From: Mobula hypostoma
Taxonomy: Eukaryota
Assembly: GCF_963921235.1 (NCBI RefSeq)
Contig: NC_086097.1
Span: 115,322,001 to 115,386,000, forward strand
Direction of reading: 5' to 3'
DNA: 64,000 nucleotides
Position 1 is the stretch's first letter. Each line of letters opens with the position of its first letter. A program made the position numbers and the translations under genes. Below, one piece after another: positions 62,005 through 64,000 of this stretch. The notes below the pieces were generated by a model. That model searched no databases. It worked only from the letters and a program-made list of their open reading frames with translations, and had not been told where the DNA came from.

Positions 62005-62105
62005 TTTCCTGATGAAGGATCTTTGCCCAAAACATTGACAGTTAATTCTTTCCATAGATTCTGCCTGACCTGCTGAGTTCCTCCAGCATTTTGTGTGTGT
62101 TACTC
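62005..62105 (+). mobile_element. Penelope tail with degenerate hammerhead motif
   Basis: cCTGATGAaggatctttgcccaaaacattgacag..gcctgacctgctgagttcctccagcattttgtgtg. Confidence 0.7.
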
Positions 62106-62419
62106 TAAATATTTCATACTGACTGTTTGGATGACTATAGTACACATCTAGCAATCAGTTCATTTGATTTATTCCTTCCATTTCAACTGTGTGACTTTTG
62201 TTTATCTTTGTGGTATTATTTTCCTTGTCCAACTTTAAACCTTAATGGTTTCGGCACTACTGTTCTTTACCGAACTAATAATGGCTGCTGCCATCCTTTA
62301 AGTGCTGCAGACTAACTTTCAGTGAATCTCTCCACACACCAAGTGTGGTCACCAGAGTCTCCTGACTGGCTGTATCACATCCTTTTTTCAGAAACACCAA
62401 CTGGTGTTTCCATACCAGA

Positions 62420-62915
62420 GCCTGCAGGAAGTGTTGGATACAGACCTGTCCATCAGAGGCAAAGCCTTCCCACCATTGAGCATACTTACGTGGAGCATCT
62501 CCACAAGAAAGCAACACCCATCAACAAGGACCACCACCATTCTGGCCATGCCCTGTTCTCGCTGCTGCCATCATGAAGGAGGTACAGGAACCTTGTCTCC
62601 CACAGCAGCAGGTTTAGAAACAATTACTACCCTACAACCATCAGGCTCCTGAAGTGACAAGGACTTCACTCACCCCAACTTGATCTACAACCTTCAGGTC
62701 AACTTTCAAGGACCTTTCAACGCATGTTCTCAGAATTAATATATTTCTATATTTGTACATTGCCTGCTTGTCAGACTTTGTTTATCTATTGTTTTTCATA
62801 AATGTTATTGTTTCTCTTTATTTTTCTGTAAATGGCTGCAAGATAATGAAGCTCAAGGTGGTAGTATATGATAATGTACTGTATATGTACTTTGATAATA
62901 AGTTTTACTTTGATT
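62420..62915 (+). mobile_element. Rex/Babar 3' end
   Basis: INKDHHHSGHALFSLLPS; tail gtactttgataataag. Confidence 0.75.
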
Positions 62916-64000
62916 TTGTCTGCTCTCTGCTAGTGAAATAAGCTAACATGTGACAATTGCTGACCACTTCTTTCACATGACTGTGGTGATGGTGGTTGAT
63001 AGGAGTGGTACTAAAATGGAAGAATATCTAGTGTGGTATGTCTTCACTCAATTTATTGTACCAGTGTACAAACCTCCTACAAAGTGATTCACCAAATTCT
63101 GTTGAAGAAATTTTAAGCAACTGTGTCAATCTTACATTAAAACACAAAAGATCATATAGTCAGAAAGGGCAACAATCCCATCTTGTTCAAAATGATCTGA
63201 AATTCTGTTCAGAGGAAGTTATTTTAGAATAATAAAGTTATTAATACGAAAGAATGCTCAAATGGGATATCTCTGAGGATTTGCAAAAGACTGCGGAATC
63301 TAAACATCTGTGGATGGTTAAATGAAGAGTAGATAGGTCAGGAAAGAATGATCTGAGTCAAGCTGATGTTGGCAGAGTTTATACACAGCAGAGATGTCAC
63401 CATGGAGATCTTAACCGTCTCTTCGGTATTTCTCTCAAACCATCTCTTTGACCTCTGTTTGTTATTGAATTCCTTCTCCATAGTATGCTTCCAATTTGCA
63501 TTGTGCTCGGAGGTAATTGGCTCACAAGATGAATTAAATTCTGATAGTGCATGCCTCCTCTTTCATTCACTTATGAAAGACACATTTCCAAAAGATAGCA
63601 AGGTAGGAATATTCTCATAAACCTGAATACTGCAGGATACTTACAAATCATGCTTATTCAGAGACAGAAAGCTGCGTGAACTGAAATGACCTGCTCGGAT
63701 GTTTAAATTTGAGCATTCTACATGAGGCTCACAAATTAATGCAATTAGTAAATTTACTAGGAACTGAACTAAACAGCCCCAAAATGAAGTACTCTGATTA
63801 TGATCCAACGAACCTGCATTCTTTCAACTGAATGCAGGGAGCAAACCAATCTGTAGAGCAGAGGCTGAACTAATAATTCTGTTTATAGGCTTATCTATTC
63901 AGCAGACATCCTGGCAATAGCATTTCATGAAAGATTCACTGACAGTTAGTTTGCTTCTCTTCAAGGATGGCAGATTTTGTGATCAACAAAATGCTGAAAC

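Overview
Eukaryotic, repeat-saturated vertebrate DNA. The mix of CR1, Rex1/Babar, Penelope and HE1-like V-SINE repeats suggests a cartilaginous fish (inference). I found no host protein-coding exon I can support; almost all ORFs in the track are retroelement fragments, their antisense shadows or junction chimeras. Contents: many nested CR1 and Rex1/Babar LINEs, Penelope-like elements (GIY-YIG) with minimal hammerhead-ribozyme motifs, a 5'-inverted L1, a HERO-type fragment, RTE-like non-autonomous elements, SINEs, hAT and Tc1 derivatives, and two solo LTRs. The standout is a structurally complete non-autonomous Gypsy LTR element (21593-25700; TTTA TSD, PBS, PPT). Its RNaseH/integrase region is replaced by an intronless, in-frame mosaic of sarcomeric myosin heavy chain rod sequence (MYH16-like). 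A 7SL RNA 5' fragment fused to a Rex/Babar-type 3' tail (candidate 7SL-derived SINE) is also present. Family assignments rest on recalled motifs, not database searches. Boundaries without TSDs are approximate.
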